A stretch of 64,000 nt of DNA from a virus. The stretch is from positions 32,001 to 96,000 of IMG/VR virus record IMGVR_UViG_3300050821_008386; one strand, 5' to 3'. The notes beneath the pieces are model-generated. The model saw only the letters and a list, made by a program, of their open reading frames with translations. It was not told the DNA's origin and searched no databases. Position numbers and translations under genes: made by a program. This document shows, in pieces, positions 8,919 through 19,582 of the stretch; the stretch's first letter is position 1; every line of letters starts with the position of its first letter.

Positions 8919-11900
8919 ACGCCAGCGAGTGCCGGAAGTCTCTTCTTCTTGGGAAGTTTAGGAACCTTGGGAGCGGCTGGAGCCGGTTTTCCGGGATGTT
9001 CCAACTGCTGCTTAACTAGCGCGTACGCTCCGTCGAGATAGTCACTGGTATGACTGCCCTTCTTGGCCGCGCCCGCTTCCTTGTATAGCTGTTGTTCGAC
9101 AAACCACAAAACGGCCTGAGCGTCCGCCATGTGCATATCGATACCTGCGCTCTTTAAGTTCTTGAGTACCTTCTCCATTATCTCCCGGTATAAGGGCCGT
9201 TCAGCCTGAGTCGGGGCGTCGTCAGTGAAGTGAAGGTTTTCTTTGATGTTTTTGGCGAGATAAGTGGTTGGGGTACGTTTTTCTACCGGATAAGATCTTT
9301 TCGTGCCGTCTGGATCAGTTGCCGGTCTAGCCGCTTCTTTGTCGGTGTTCTTCGCCCATGAATCCAACTCCGGCATCTCGCGGATAGCTTGCGCGCGAGT
9401 CATGTCCTCGTGATTCTGGATCGCGTCGATCTCATCCAGAATCTTGGCTTTCTGTTCATCGGGCATCTCGACTTCACCGCTTCGGATGCTTCGCCCTAAC
9501 TCGCCAACCTGCGATTTGAACGCGGTCGGGCTGAACCTAAACATACCGCCCGTCATCCGGTTCATGGTGCGCTTAAACCACATATCCATGACCAGCGCAT
9601 CGAAGTGTTTGCCAAGCGCCGAATAGAACTGGCCGATCTTAGGCCCGAGCGAGAGCGCAGCGTAGGTCGGGTGATCCGGTGCTTCGCCGCTGATATCCAA
9701 TCCGTAATCCCGCATCTGGCGGACAGTCATCTTCTTATCCAGAAGATCTTCAAGACCTTGCGCCCCCAATTTATCTTTCAGGGCGTTGAGCTTTTGAAAG
9801 CTCGAAATCATGGCCTTAATCTTTACGCCGCCACCGACAAAGTCTTTCGGGTCAGTCGGAAGTTCACCGTGATCTTTCCAGTATTGGTAGGCGTGATAAG
9901 CAGTTTCGGCGTTGTTATAGACGTTCTGACCGTTGGATGTCACCGCTAGTCCAAGGCGGTACATCATCCGGTTCTCGCGATTAGCGTCGATGGACGGGTC
10001 CAGATGTTGAGCGACGTATTTGACTGCTTCATCTGGGATCTTGTCGTACCAATCAAGGCCCGAAGCGTCTCCAGACAACCGTTTCATCACGTCGTAGGTC
10101 GCTGCACGCGCCATCTGGTTGCGCACCTTGGGATCGTTCAAGTCGAGTTTCCCGTTCTTGCTCTCGATCCAGTCTCCTAAGTTCTCGACTTTCCAGTTCA
10201 GTTTACCTTTCGGCAACTGGCCTTTGGAATATTCGGCAGACATCCGCGGAGGCTTGTTGTTCTCAAGCCATTCTTTCGCCTTTTGTTGTGCGTAAGCGAG
10301 TTTGGCTACCCGATCATCGGTATCGATCAACTTGGAGCGCATTTCCGCCGGCATCTTCTCAGGAGGCAGGAAAGCGACCGAGTGGTCCGTGTTGCTGTCC
10401 AAGGGACCGTGCCCGTTGACGGCAACTTTCTCATCTGGAGGCTCCGTGTTCTGAAGAGGTGGCGAAGGAGCGGACTCACTAGGCGTCTCTTCCCGTTCAG
10501 AAGGTTGAGCGGTCGTCGCAGGAGGGGTCCGGTAGCGGACCATCTCGTCGCCTGACGTGGTACCGTCGTAATCGCTGGTTTCTCGGACGTTGTTACCGTT
10601 CGCGCCTTTGGTCACCCTATCCGCTGGCATGAAGTTCACGTTCCCACTCCCTGGACTGAACGTTCCGCGGTTGCCCGTTGCTGATTTCACACTCTTTGGA
10701 TCGAAGGCAATGACGTGAGTGGTATCGTGAGTGAGTCCCGGCATCCCTTCCTGATAGTCGTCCCCGCCCCATTTCTCGAACGGTTCGTGGTCAATTATGC
10801 CATCGTGCCCCATCGCACGGAGAACTTCAGCGGCAACCGCGCCAGAGGAATGCTGGAAACCATCGTCCTCGAGCAATTGATGCATAGCGCGACTATTCCG
10901 CATCTTATCAATGATATTTCCTGCGTACGTGTGGTCACCGGGTTTTAAATGACGCAGCGTCTGGTCCAACATATCTTGCTCGCCACCAAGACCGTGCTTG
11001 TCGTAAACGTCCCTCACTGCCTGCCTGTAGTCGTTTAGATCAGAGGTGTTCCATCGCGTCGGATTAAGACCTCCGATCTCGACAGGTTGCTTGAGCGACG
11101 CATACAAGGGTTGAATGGAAGCATGTCCGCCATGCTCTCTGCCTTCGTATTCCCGACCTTCCCCCGTATAATTCGCGCTGGCGTCCTCTGGATTGTTGGA
11201 CATGTATATGCCGCGACCCCAATCCGCACTCGTGTTACCTAATCTGGGATCGTGAGTATCGTAATCCTGCGTGGTCCCGTGGTAGAGCCTCAGAGGTTTA
11301 CCATCCTGATCCGTCACTTTTGAGCCTTTAAACCACTCCTTGAAATCATGCGATTGCACCTGCGGATTCTCCGGGTGATCCACTATCCGTTCAGACGGCA
11401 TGAACGCTGGACTTTTCAGTTCGCGATTGTAGCGGATATCCTCGGATGAAAGTTCCTGCTTATTTCCGCGTGGACGCACTTTGATCTCGTTCATTGCGTC
11501 CCGAAGGCTAAGGAACCTGCCGCCGTCTGTGGTGTATCCAGCGACGAGGTCCCTTGTGCCCAGCGCGGGATTATCCTTGAGTGCCTTCCCCTCCGCGAAC
11601 TTATGGATGTTCCCTGTGTAGATCTTCCCGTCAGGCGTCCTGACAGCAGGGTCTTTAATCTTTTCAGGGGCATCACCTATGTGGTCACCCGGCATGAACG
11701 CCGCTGATCTAGGCTCAGATTGCGATGCCTCTGGACCGCTTCCTAGTAAGGGTCCGCGAGTTTTTGGGGATATGTACCTAGATATCTTCGTTGTAATCGG
11801 TTTTTCTCCCAAATACCGCCATGTTTTAGCTCCCTCGGGGTAACTGTCGGTAAACTTTACCCAATTATATTTTTTGGCGAGCGCATCCCTCAAGTCGCTG

Positions 11901-14900
11901 TCACTATCCAGTGCATGATGGATCTGATCGAATCCTCTTCCCATCCACTCATCGCTTTTAGCGTCAGGGGATATCCTGTCCTCTGGATCTTCTATGCCCT
12001 GATTATGAATGTCAGCATAAACGGAAGACAATCGCCTCCAACTGGGATCGCCTGACACGTCAAGAACCCTGTCTTTATCTACAGGAACAGTCGCCTCATA
12101 AAGATTAGGTCCGCCGAATCCCGGATTTTTAGTATAGGCTTTAGCGTGCTCCCTAGATTCAGAAAAGTGTGCTCCAGTGCGTGCCTCGCTATCCCTAGAA
12201 GCGCGAAATAACCTTACGGTGTCCCGATCATCACCCGGCATGAACTGAGCGCTTGGACGCTCCGGTAATGGTCCGCGAGTTTTTGGGAGGTTCTTAAGGT
12301 CTTCAGACGCCAATTGAGGCGCATTTCCTTTTTCCCTAGCCAGGGATGATGCCTTGATTTGGTTATTTCGTTTGGCAAGTTCCCATCCGGGACTTCCCTG
12401 AGTGACGAAGTTTCCGGTAGTCGTGAGGTAACCAGTTTCAATTTCGTGACCGCCAAGATGTTCGTTGTACTGGCTGATGGGTTCTCCCGAATCTCTGGCG
12501 TTGTCTATAGCTTCGCCATGCCAAGATCCGGAGTGAATTACTCCGTTTATCCTGACGGCAGGAGACTGAATCCTCTCCCGTTCCCCTCCCGGTCCTTCGA
12601 CCACGTCACCCGGCATAAACATGCTCATCTGCCCCGACTCCTGATCGCTCGGCGTCGCCTTCTTCGGTTCCACCGCTTTCTGCTCTTCGCCAGTCAGGCG
12701 GAACGGTTCGTTCCCGAAATCAAAGTCCCGATGTTTGGCGTTCTCGGTCGTTCCCTTGGTCAACCACGCTTCCCTTGCTTTTCGAACCTCGTTAGGTTCC
12801 TCGCCCGCGCTTTCTGCTGGCATAAACGCTACGCCTCCTCCATTCCTGAGGTTTGAATGTTCCTCCTCCAGTCCGTGAATCCGGGTGGCGAGTTCGTCCC
12901 ATTTCTTGTCCTCCTCGGGATTCGTAGTGTCGAGTTTAGCCTGTTGTTTCTCCAGATTTGCGCGCAGATGTTCATTTTTCTTAAGCCTGTCTCCAAGCGT
13001 AAGGGTATCAGAACCGGATGCTGGCGCAAGCATTCCTGACCCGCGTTCTTCGGAAGGTTTGCCAGCGCGTTCCGCCTCGGTTTCACCCGGCATGAATCCG
13101 GCTTTTACAATTCCTGACGGAGGGTAACCGCCTTCTTTCAATGCGCGCGCAATCGCTTCGTGGCCGGGATGAATCTGCTCAGACGCGTCTTCGCCGCTGG
13201 GCAGAATATCAATCGTGTTATCTGCTAAAAGTCGTTCATAACCCGAATGAAGCGTTTCTTTAGTCCAACCGGGCGTTTCTGCTTCGATCTTGGCGTGAAG
13301 CGGATTGGTTAAACCCTCTCTGATGCCGCTGGATTTGATTTCCGGTATCTGATGCTTGCCCAGTTCTGAAAGCGCGTCTCCGGCAGCGTTGATGAGCTCG
13401 CCGGGGTCTTCGTACGGCACCTCGGAGGTCTGGCTAACCTTGGCGTTGAGTTTGTCGGGATGTTCCGCTGAAGCGCTGAACAATTTCTCGCTCGTGATCC
13501 CGTAATTCTTTTTCAGGTACGCTTTGGAATCTTTATCGAGCGCTTTCCATGCTTCATGGAGATCCGCGATTTCGCCTTTGGGATAACTCATTCCGCCGGC
13601 GGATGTGGCGAGTTGATTATTCCGTTTGGCGGTCGGGAGGCCCCCGTGTTTCTGGATGGCCTGTAAAACCTCGAACTTGTGCGCTTGGCCTTCCAATTCA
13701 GCGTCACGTTTTGCTTCCGCTTCATCGATCTGTTGGGACCGCCCTTGCGCGATCGCTTTAGAAACCTCTTTCGGGTTTTTTGTTTCACCTGAAACATAAC
13801 CCTCGTTCCCTAACGCTAAGGCACGAGCCTGTCCGCTTGGCGTTCCCGGGTCCATCATGTCCTTGCCACTTAATCCCGCGCCTTTACCTTGCACGGCCAG
13901 ATTCCAGAAATCCGCTTTCGATTTCGCTTTTACAGGGTCGTTGCCAAACGTGTACGGTTCGAATCCGGGGGATTCCACTGGCAGATTAGCGCCTTCGGTA
14001 GGGGTTAATTTCGCGCTGCCGTCACCTTTCCATCCGTTGGAAATGTTATGGAGATACCCGCGCATGTCCTCTTCATCTACCGGATCGCCTGCTGGACCGG
14101 ATTTATAAGGTGATTCCGGACCTAATCTGTGAGCGATTTGCTGGGCGTTCGATGCGACCTTGTCTGGTGATATCCCGCCGTAGTAGAGAGAGTTCGGCGC
14201 GCCTTCTTTCCCCAGAGAGACGCCGACGTAACTTGGAACAATATTCTTTCCGGCTTGCTGACCGGGTGCTGTTCCTTCTGCTCTGGCATGTGCTCCGGAT
14301 TCTATTTGGGCTTCTTGCCGCTGCGCTGCTGTCGCCAATCCCTTGGCTTTTTGGGGCGCTGAGTTGTAGTCGATCCAAAGGTCTTGTCCCTCCGGAATCG
14401 CGTTTTGAATCGCTTTGATAACGAACTGCGATTTCTGGTTGGTCCCGTTTAGTAACCATTGATGAAACGGATCAATGGGATCGAAATATTTGCCGGTTAA
14501 TAGTCCGCTTGCCGGATCGTATTTAACCCGCTGATCGTCCGGCGCCAGGCTTGCCGCATGTTGTTCGCCAACCGTCTGTAAAACCTGTTTCTGGATCGCT
14601 GCGGTGTACGCTTCATCGCTCTGGCGTTCGCCTTGCACCACTTGTTCGTGCGCCCGGTCTTCAGCTTCCTGAATAGATTGCGCGGTAACAGGTTCGGAAG
14701 ATTTCGCCGCCGGTTCTGCGCCTTCCGTTGCTCCTTTGGCGGTTGCAGGTCCCTGAGTACCTTTTGGCGGTTCGGTTCCTGTCGCGTGTTCAACCACCTG
14801 TTCGCCGAAATCGACCGGACCCACAGGTTGTTGACCCGGAACCAAAGGTCCACGTTGCCCGTTGGAACCGATGCCGAACTGCGCCATGTACCGCGCATTG

Positions 14901-17900
14901 GATTCTATCTGCGCTGCAGATACGCCGGGATCAGGCGCGTGATTCGGGTCATAGACATCGATATAATTGGCGGCCACATGATGGTGTTTGCCGTCCATAT
15001 CGAAATCGCTCGGAGCGGTATCGTCCCACCGATAGGTTTTCCCGTCTTCCCCAATGAACTCTTCGCCGCTCGGCGCGCCGTTGATAGGATGCAATCCTCG
15101 AGCTCTTGCGCCTTCTAACGTTAGTCCGGCGCTATAACCCGGAATCATGCTGCCGGGTTTCTGGACATGCGCTCCGGCACCCACGCCGCGAAGACTGTTA
15201 TGATCCCAACTGTAATCGCCGGGATACCCGAATGCTCCGATGTTAGCGTGACCATGCGGTGCCATCGGTACAGGCGCTTCGCCTTTCATGGCGCGATGAA
15301 CTTGGCGTTGCGCCGTGCCAGGCTTAACCCCTTGTTGTCTCAGATGCTTCTGGACGCGTGCGGTTCCGGTCGTGGTTTCGGGAGTTTCCTGCGGTTCTTT
15401 CGGTTCAGGAGTCGTTTCCCCTGTGGGCGTCTCGGTCTTCTGTTGTTGTTGCTGCTCGGTCGTTTCTGGCGCGCCAGCTATGCTTCCTGTTGTCGGCGGT
15501 TGCGGTACGTTTGTCCCCGGAGGCACTGGGAGGTGGCCTGCATGCGGTTGCGGAGTCGGAGGTACCGGCCCCTGCGGTACAGGCGTGGGCGTTACCGGGC
15601 CTTGCGGGGTTCCAGTCGGTGGAATCGGTATTCCGCCGGAAGATTTAGGTTCTTCAGGCGTTCCGGTTTTAGGTGAAGTCGTCTCGGGTTCGGCAGCTTT
15701 CGTCTCACCTTTTGGCGTTTCCGTCTCAGCAGGAGGCGGTGTCGTCTCAGATTTCTTCGGAGGTTCTGACTCCTGTTTAGGTGTCTCCTTTGGTTGCTCG
15801 GGAGTAGGTGTCGGTCCGGAGGTGACTTTCCCCTCTTTAGGTATTTTACCGACGAGTTCGTTTACCTCGGGATAAGTCAGTCCACGATACCAGTTGCCTT
15901 TCCCATCGTTAAAATCGTACAGATCACCCGCTTTATTGAGTCCCGCGCTTCGCGGTTCAATTGGTCCTTTCTCAGGTTTAATGGTCTTGCCTGAACTTAG
16001 CGAAACATCAGGAGGAAGTTCGGCGTTCTTAGCGTTGACTGCGTTCCGTATCGCCTCAACCGCGTTCGTGGCGTCGTTCTGGACGTGTTTTTCCGCTTCC
16101 TCCGGGGTAAACCCTTTCTCGGACATCAACGCCTGCTTAGCGATATCCGCAGGCGTTTCTTTCGCCGGTTTACCTGCCTGACGTTCAGCGGTTTTCTTGT
16201 CTCTCAGCGCGTCGACTGCATTTTTAACGACCTCTTCCCACGTCTCGCCGGCGGTGGTTTGCGCCGCTTTCTTAGCGTCTGCCGCTGACCATCCAACGCC
16301 GCGCAAGCCTTTGATAACATCCGCTGGATTGACGTTAGGACCGGGACGTTGGGCTTTCGGTGGCGGTTGAGGAGCCTGGGTCGCGTTCTCTGGGGCGGGA
16401 GTGCCGCTTGTCGGTTGCGGAGCGGGTCCCCCACCGCCGCCTCCAGTGCTGGTCGAGGCTCCCTTTGTCCGATTGGGTTGATTGAACAGGTCTGGACCTT
16501 GATTCGGTCTGGCGTTCGGATTAGGTCGATCCAAAACCGGTGGTGCACCCGCGCCTTGTCCCAGATTCCTTCGAAGCGTATCCCTGACCAGCGGTTCAAG
16601 AACCATGGCCGCCTGAATGGATTGTCTCAATCCCAGAACCGTATTGGACCGCGTGGTCGTGGGATTAAAACCCATGTCATCCAGAACGCGCCAGAAGGCT
16701 TGCTGGGTCTGATGGAACATGGTCGGGTCACGGGTCAGATCTCTGATACTTCCGCCTTTAAGGAGTCCTGATAACGCTTCGGTCGCCATCTCCCTCTGCA
16801 TATCTTCCTTGGTCATTCCGCGGAGGCCCGGGACGAATTGCCCCGTCCCGTTATTGATCTCGGTCTGACTCGGCAACTGGTCGTAGGTGGCGCTCTGTTG
16901 ACCTAACGTTGCCCGACTGGTGTAATCGGAGGTGAAATCGTTGGGGTCATTTGTCCGACTGAACGCTTGGAAGAAAGTCGATAGATCTTGCGGATTACCC
17001 AACTCCATCCGCGAGATGATCGGGTGCGCCAGTTCATGATGAAACGCGTCATCGAAAGCGTCTGCGCGGACCAGTACCCGCGCCTGATTCTGACCTGGAT
17101 TGGGGTCAATGGCGACTCCGCGCGAGTTCATTACCGGATCGTTCATCCAACCTAAGTTCTGCATCCGTTCCATCTCTGCGGCGTACGGTTTCGGATTGAG
17201 AACGTAAATCTCGCTCATCCCGTTCGCTTGAGTTCTGGTCTGATTGATCAGATGCTTTTGCGCGTTGGAAAACATCGGTTTCCCGGTCGCTGGATCGAGG
17301 GAATTGAGCGCTTGTTCGTGCGCTTCATCGAGAGCTTTATTGGTCCCGTACGGCGTCGGCGGATCTGCCGGTTTACGGCTTTGCCCCCAATTGGTGTCGG
17401 TAATGAACGCTGAATCAGCTAACCGATTTTGAGCAATCGCCGCAGCGTCAGGGACGGCGTGACTCAAGAGGCCCAGGCTCGTCCCCATCCCTAAAAGTGA
17501 ACCAATATCCTGCGGAGTTTTGGCTCCCAAAAGCGCAGGCGTCATACCCATCATCCCTTCACCTGCCCGCTGCATTCCGGTAACGAGGATCTGTTTAGCC
17601 GCGCTCCGGGTTGCCAGAAGGTTTTCGGAATTGTCTGCGGCAAGTCGCATCGCGTCCGCAGCGTGTGAGGCCAAAAACGATGTCGCTTTAGAAATGTTTC
17701 CGGCACCGCCCGCAATCAGGTCCACGCCGTAATCGACTAGCGGCATCTTGAACATCCCGGCGGCGACAGCGGCCAATGGGCCGGGTATCCCGAGAGTTTG
17801 TCCGATATAATGGCCTGCGATAGCTTTGGTCGCGGTCCCCACGAGGCCTTTGGCGATCTTGGTCGCAACCGGCGGCATCTGGAAATCGTGCATGTTCTGT

Positions 17901-19582
17901 GCCATGTTTTCCAGACCGCCCGCAATACTCCTTTGGGTAGCTTGTACCGAAGAATTAAGGACTGAAGTAATCCCGGCCGCTTCCGCTAACCGTCCCACTA
18001 ACCCCAGTCCGACCATTCCTTCCCCGAGATTAGCGGTAGCCGCAGTATCCTGAATGGCTTTCAGGGGTATCGGAAACCCTTTAGCGGCGTATCCTTCGGG
18101 AGTGTCTACGGTGCGTCCCGCAAACGCGTTAAGCATCTGCTGAGTGCCCTGCCCAACGTATCCCTCGCTTCTGGCCGCGTGCAGCCCCGATTGCATCCGG
18201 TCTGTATACAGTTGCGCGGCCATCTGTTTGGGATCCATATCCATGTAGCTTTTATCGCTACGGATCGGCGCGCCGCGGCTAGCCATGATCGCTTGAAAAC
18301 GCGGGTCGATATAACCGATCTCAGGACCGCCCAAAAGTTTTAAAACGGCGTTTGGCGCGGTGGAACTTAATCCGATTAAATGGCTGATCGAGTTTTCCGC
18401 CCATTCAGTGAATTGCGCGGTTCCTTCTTCAGTACCGGCAACCAGAGCGCGTTCGGCGCGTTCCCGGTTGAGGTCGGTCACGGTCTGATGCTCGAGGTTG
18501 ACTGGAGAAGTTTTGTCGTTGTCGTACTTGGGCTGGACAGGTGCCGTTCCACCCGCTTCTTTCGGGGCGAGCGCGGCGCTGATCCCTTCCGCTTCAGCCT
18601 GGCTCGCGTTCGGCGCTTCAGGAACGCCGGGAACGGCATTAGAAGGTGCCACGATATTCCCGATGTTGGCTGCCGCGCCGAAAAGTTGGCCCGGTATTTC
18701 GACCGGCGAATGAATAAAAGCGTCACGCCACGAACTTAAAACGCCGCCTAACCAGTTAATGGCGTTCTTGGCGTCTTGAACTGTTTTCTGCCAATCAGCC
18801 TGAAACTGTTCAGCGTCCGTCTCGGATTTAAGTCCACCAGACGCATCCATTTGATCCTTCATCTGGGCGTGAAGAATCATTGCTTGCGCGGTCTGGAAAT
18901 CGTCGATCTGATGGTGAGCAAATGCTTGAGCGATCTTGTCAGGATTGCCGTCATAAGGCTTGATCGCGTCATCAAGGCGTTGTTGTTCCTGCGCTTGCTG
19001 GAATTCTGGGCCTTGATTGAGATCTTTCCCGTACGGACTGCTTTCAGGTTGGGTCGCTAATTCAGGAGGCGGGAACCCTTTCTGCTGGGTCGGTTGCGCT
19101 GCGGCGATTTCAGGAGGCGGAAACCCACCTTTAGGCGGTGGCGGAAGCGGGTCCGGCGGTGGATCTGGCGGGGTAATGGTCTGAGGCGCGCCCGCTAACG
19201 AATTCTGGATGACCGCCTTATTCTCGTCATCCGTCAACGCCATCGGGTTATTAGCCTGCGCGTTAAGACTCTGTTGAGTGGGATTAAGATGATCCTCGGG
19301 ATTATCCGGCGCGAGCGGTGTCGGAGTGGGGGCGAGGAGCGAACTTACCCCATCTTCAGGGGACATCGGCGGTTGAGTCGGCGTAACCGTGGTGGGCGAC
19401 GGTTGCGGTTGCGGAGGAGGAATCGGGGGCGCGCCTGCCGCCTTGAGTTCAGGCGGATGGAACGGGATGATGTTGGAGGCCGAAGTCGCCGCTTGTCCTG
19501 CCGCTTTGAGTTCGGGCGGTTGAACCGAAGGAGTAGCCTCTGCGTCGGGTAGTGATGCGCTTGGCGCGCTGGCAGGAGGCAT
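8915..19582 (-). CDS. Giant polyvalent internal virion (ejection) protein, 3555 aa
   Basis: Uninterrupted 10.7-kb ORF at the end of the structural operon; HHELAH metallopeptidase motif, RuvA-C-like helical repeats, 3D/DPBB-like segment, ART-like domains (LYHGT..GRGIYMS) and a C-terminal GPKIGQF..MDMW domain. Confidence 0.85.
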   Translation of the reverse strand: MPPASAPSASLPDAEATPSVQPPELKAAGQAATSASNIIPFHPPELKAAGAPPIPPPQPQPSPTTVTPTQPPMSPEDGVSSLLAPTPTPLAPDNPEDHLNPTQQSLNAQANNPMALTDDENKAVIQNSLAGAPQTITPPDPPPDPLPPPPKGGFPPPEIAAAQPTQQKGFPPPELATQPESSPYGKDLNQGPEFQQAQEQQRLDDAIKPYDGNPDKIAQAFAHHQIDDFQTAQAMILHAQMKDQMDASGGLKSETDAEQFQADWQKTVQDAKNAINWLGGVLSSWRDAFIHSPVEIPGQLFGAAANIGNIVAPSNAVPGVPEAPNASQAEAEGISAALAPKEAGGTAPVQPKYDNDKTSPVNLEHQTVTDLNRERAERALVAGTEEGTAQFTEWAENSISHLIGLSSTAPNAVLKLLGGPEIGYIDPRFQAIMASRGAPIRSDKSYMDMDPKQMAAQLYTDRMQSGLHAARSEGYVGQGTQQMLNAFAGRTVDTPEGYAAKGFPIPLKAIQDTAATANLGEGMVGLGLVGRLAEAAGITSVLNSSVQATQRSIAGGLENMAQNMHDFQMPPVATKIAKGLVGTATKAIAGHYIGQTLGIPGPLAAVAAGMFKMPLVDYGVDLIAGGAGNISKATSFLASHAADAMRLAADNSENLLATRSAAKQILVTGMQRAGEGMMGMTPALLGAKTPQDIGSLLGMGTSLGLLSHAVPDAAAIAQNRLADSAFITDTNWGQSRKPADPPTPYGTNKALDEAHEQALNSLDPATGKPMFSNAQKHLINQTRTQANGMSEIYVLNPKPYAAEMERMQNLGWMNDPVMNSRGVAIDPNPGQNQARVLVRADAFDDAFHHELAHPIISRMELGNPQDLSTFFQAFSRTNDPNDFTSDYTSRATLGQQSATYDQLPSQTEINNGTGQFVPGLRGMTKEDMQREMATEALSGLLKGGSIRDLTRDPTMFHQTQQAFWRVLDDMGFNPTTTRSNTVLGLRQSIQAAMVLEPLVRDTLRRNLGQGAGAPPVLDRPNPNARPNQGPDLFNQPNRTKGASTSTGGGGGGPAPQPTSGTPAPENATQAPQPPPKAQRPGPNVNPADVIKGLRGVGWSAADAKKAAQTTAGETWEEVVKNAVDALRDKKTAERQAGKPAKETPADIAKQALMSEKGFTPEEAEKHVQNDATNAVEAIRNAVNAKNAELPPDVSLSSGKTIKPEKGPIEPRSAGLNKAGDLYDFNDGKGNWYRGLTYPEVNELVGKIPKEGKVTSGPTPTPEQPKETPKQESEPPKKSETTPPPAETETPKGETKAAEPETTSPKTGTPEEPKSSGGIPIPPTGTPQGPVTPTPVPQGPVPPTPQPHAGHLPVPPGTNVPQPPTTGSIAGAPETTEQQQQQKTETPTGETTPEPKEPQETPETTTGTARVQKHLRQQGVKPGTAQRQVHRAMKGEAPVPMAPHGHANIGAFGYPGDYSWDHNSLRGVGAGAHVQKPGSMIPGYSAGLTLEGARARGLHPINGAPSGEEFIGEDGKTYRWDDTAPSDFDMDGKHHHVAANYIDVYDPNHAPDPGVSAAQIESNARYMAQFGIGSNGQRGPLVPGQQPVGPVDFGEQVVEHATGTEPPKGTQGPATAKGATEGAEPAAKSSEPVTAQSIQEAEDRAHEQVVQGERQSDEAYTAAIQKQVLQTVGEQHAASLAPDDQRVKYDPASGLLTGKYFDPIDPFHQWLLNGTNQKSQFVIKAIQNAIPEGQDLWIDYNSAPQKAKGLATAAQRQEAQIESGAHARAEGTAPGQQAGKNIVPSYVGVSLGKEGAPNSLYYGGISPDKVASNAQQIAHRLGPESPYKSGPAGDPVDEEDMRGYLHNISNGWKGDGSAKLTPTEGANLPVESPGFEPYTFGNDPVKAKSKADFWNLAVQGKGAGLSGKDMMDPGTPSGQARALALGNEGYVSGETKNPKEVSKAIAQGRSQQIDEAEAKRDAELEGQAHKFEVLQAIQKHGGLPTAKRNNQLATSAGGMSYPKGEIADLHEAWKALDKDSKAYLKKNYGITSEKLFSASAEHPDKLNAKVSQTSEVPYEDPGELINAAGDALSELGKHQIPEIKSSGIREGLTNPLHAKIEAETPGWTKETLHSGYERLLADNTIDILPSGEDASEQIHPGHEAIARALKEGGYPPSGIVKAGFMPGETEAERAGKPSEERGSGMLAPASGSDTLTLGDRLKKNEHLRANLEKQQAKLDTTNPEEDKKWDELATRIHGLEEEHSNLRNGGGVAFMPAESAGEEPNEVRKAREAWLTKGTTENAKHRDFDFGNEPFRLTGEEQKAVEPKKATPSDQESGQMSMFMPGDVVEGPGGERERIQSPAVRINGVIHSGSWHGEAIDNARDSGEPISQYNEHLGGHEIETGYLTTTGNFVTQGSPGWELAKRNNQIKASSLAREKGNAPQLASEDLKNLPKTRGPLPERPSAQFMPGDDRDTVRLFRASRDSEARTGAHFSESREHAKAYTKNPGFGGPNLYEATVPVDKDRVLDVSGDPSWRRLSSVYADIHNQGIEDPEDRISPDAKSDEWMGRGFDQIHHALDSDSDLRDALAKKYNWVKFTDSYPEGAKTWRYLGEKPITTKISRYISPKTRGPLLGSGPEASQSEPRSAAFMPGDHIGDAPEKIKDPAVRTPDGKIYTGNIHKFAEGKALKDNPALGTRDLVAGYTTDGGRFLSLRDAMNEIKVRPRGNKQELSSEDIRYNRELKSPAFMPSERIVDHPENPQVQSHDFKEWFKGSKVTDQDGKPLRLYHGTTQDYDTHDPRLGNTSADWGRGIYMSNNPEDASANYTGEGREYEGREHGGHASIQPLYASLKQPVEIGGLNPTRWNTSDLNDYRQAVRDVYDKHGLGGEQDMLDQTLRHLKPGDHTYAGNIIDKMRNSRAMHQLLEDDGFQHSSGAVAAEVLRAMGHDGIIDHEPFEKWGGDDYQEGMPGLTHDTTHVIAFDPKSVKSATGNRGTFSPGSGNVNFMPADRVTKGANGNNVRETSDYDGTTSGDEMVRYRTPPATTAQPSEREETPSESAPSPPLQNTEPPDEKVAVNGHGPLDSNTDHSVAFLPPEKMPAEMRSKLIDTDDRVAKLAYAQQKAKEWLENNKPPRMSAEYSKGQLPKGKLNWKVENLGDWIESKNGKLDLNDPKVRNQMARAATYDVMKRLSGDASGLDWYDKIPDEAVKYVAQHLDPSIDANRENRMMYRLGLAVTSNGQNVYNNAETAYHAYQYWKDHGELPTDPKDFVGGGVKIKAMISSFQKLNALKDKLGAQGLEDLLDKKMTVRQMRDYGLDISGEAPDHPTYAALSLGPKIGQFYSALGKHFDALVMDMWFKRTMNRMTGGMFRFSPTAFKSQVGELGRSIRSGEVEMPDEQKAKILDEIDAIQNHEDMTRAQAIREMPELDSWAKNTDKEAARPATDPDGTKRSYPVEKRTPTTYLAKNIKENLHFTDDAPTQAERPLYREIMEKVLKNLKSAGIDMHMADAQAVLWFVEQQLYKEAGAAKKGSHTSDYLDGAYALVKQQLEHPGKPAPAAPKVPKLPKKKRLPALAGV
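11751..12287. repeat. Exact 18-bp direct repeat (ggtccgcgagtttttggg) at 11751-11768 and 12270-12287 flanking one domain of the giant protein
   Basis: Read directly from the sequence; both copies encode PKTRGP on the minus strand. Confidence 0.9.
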
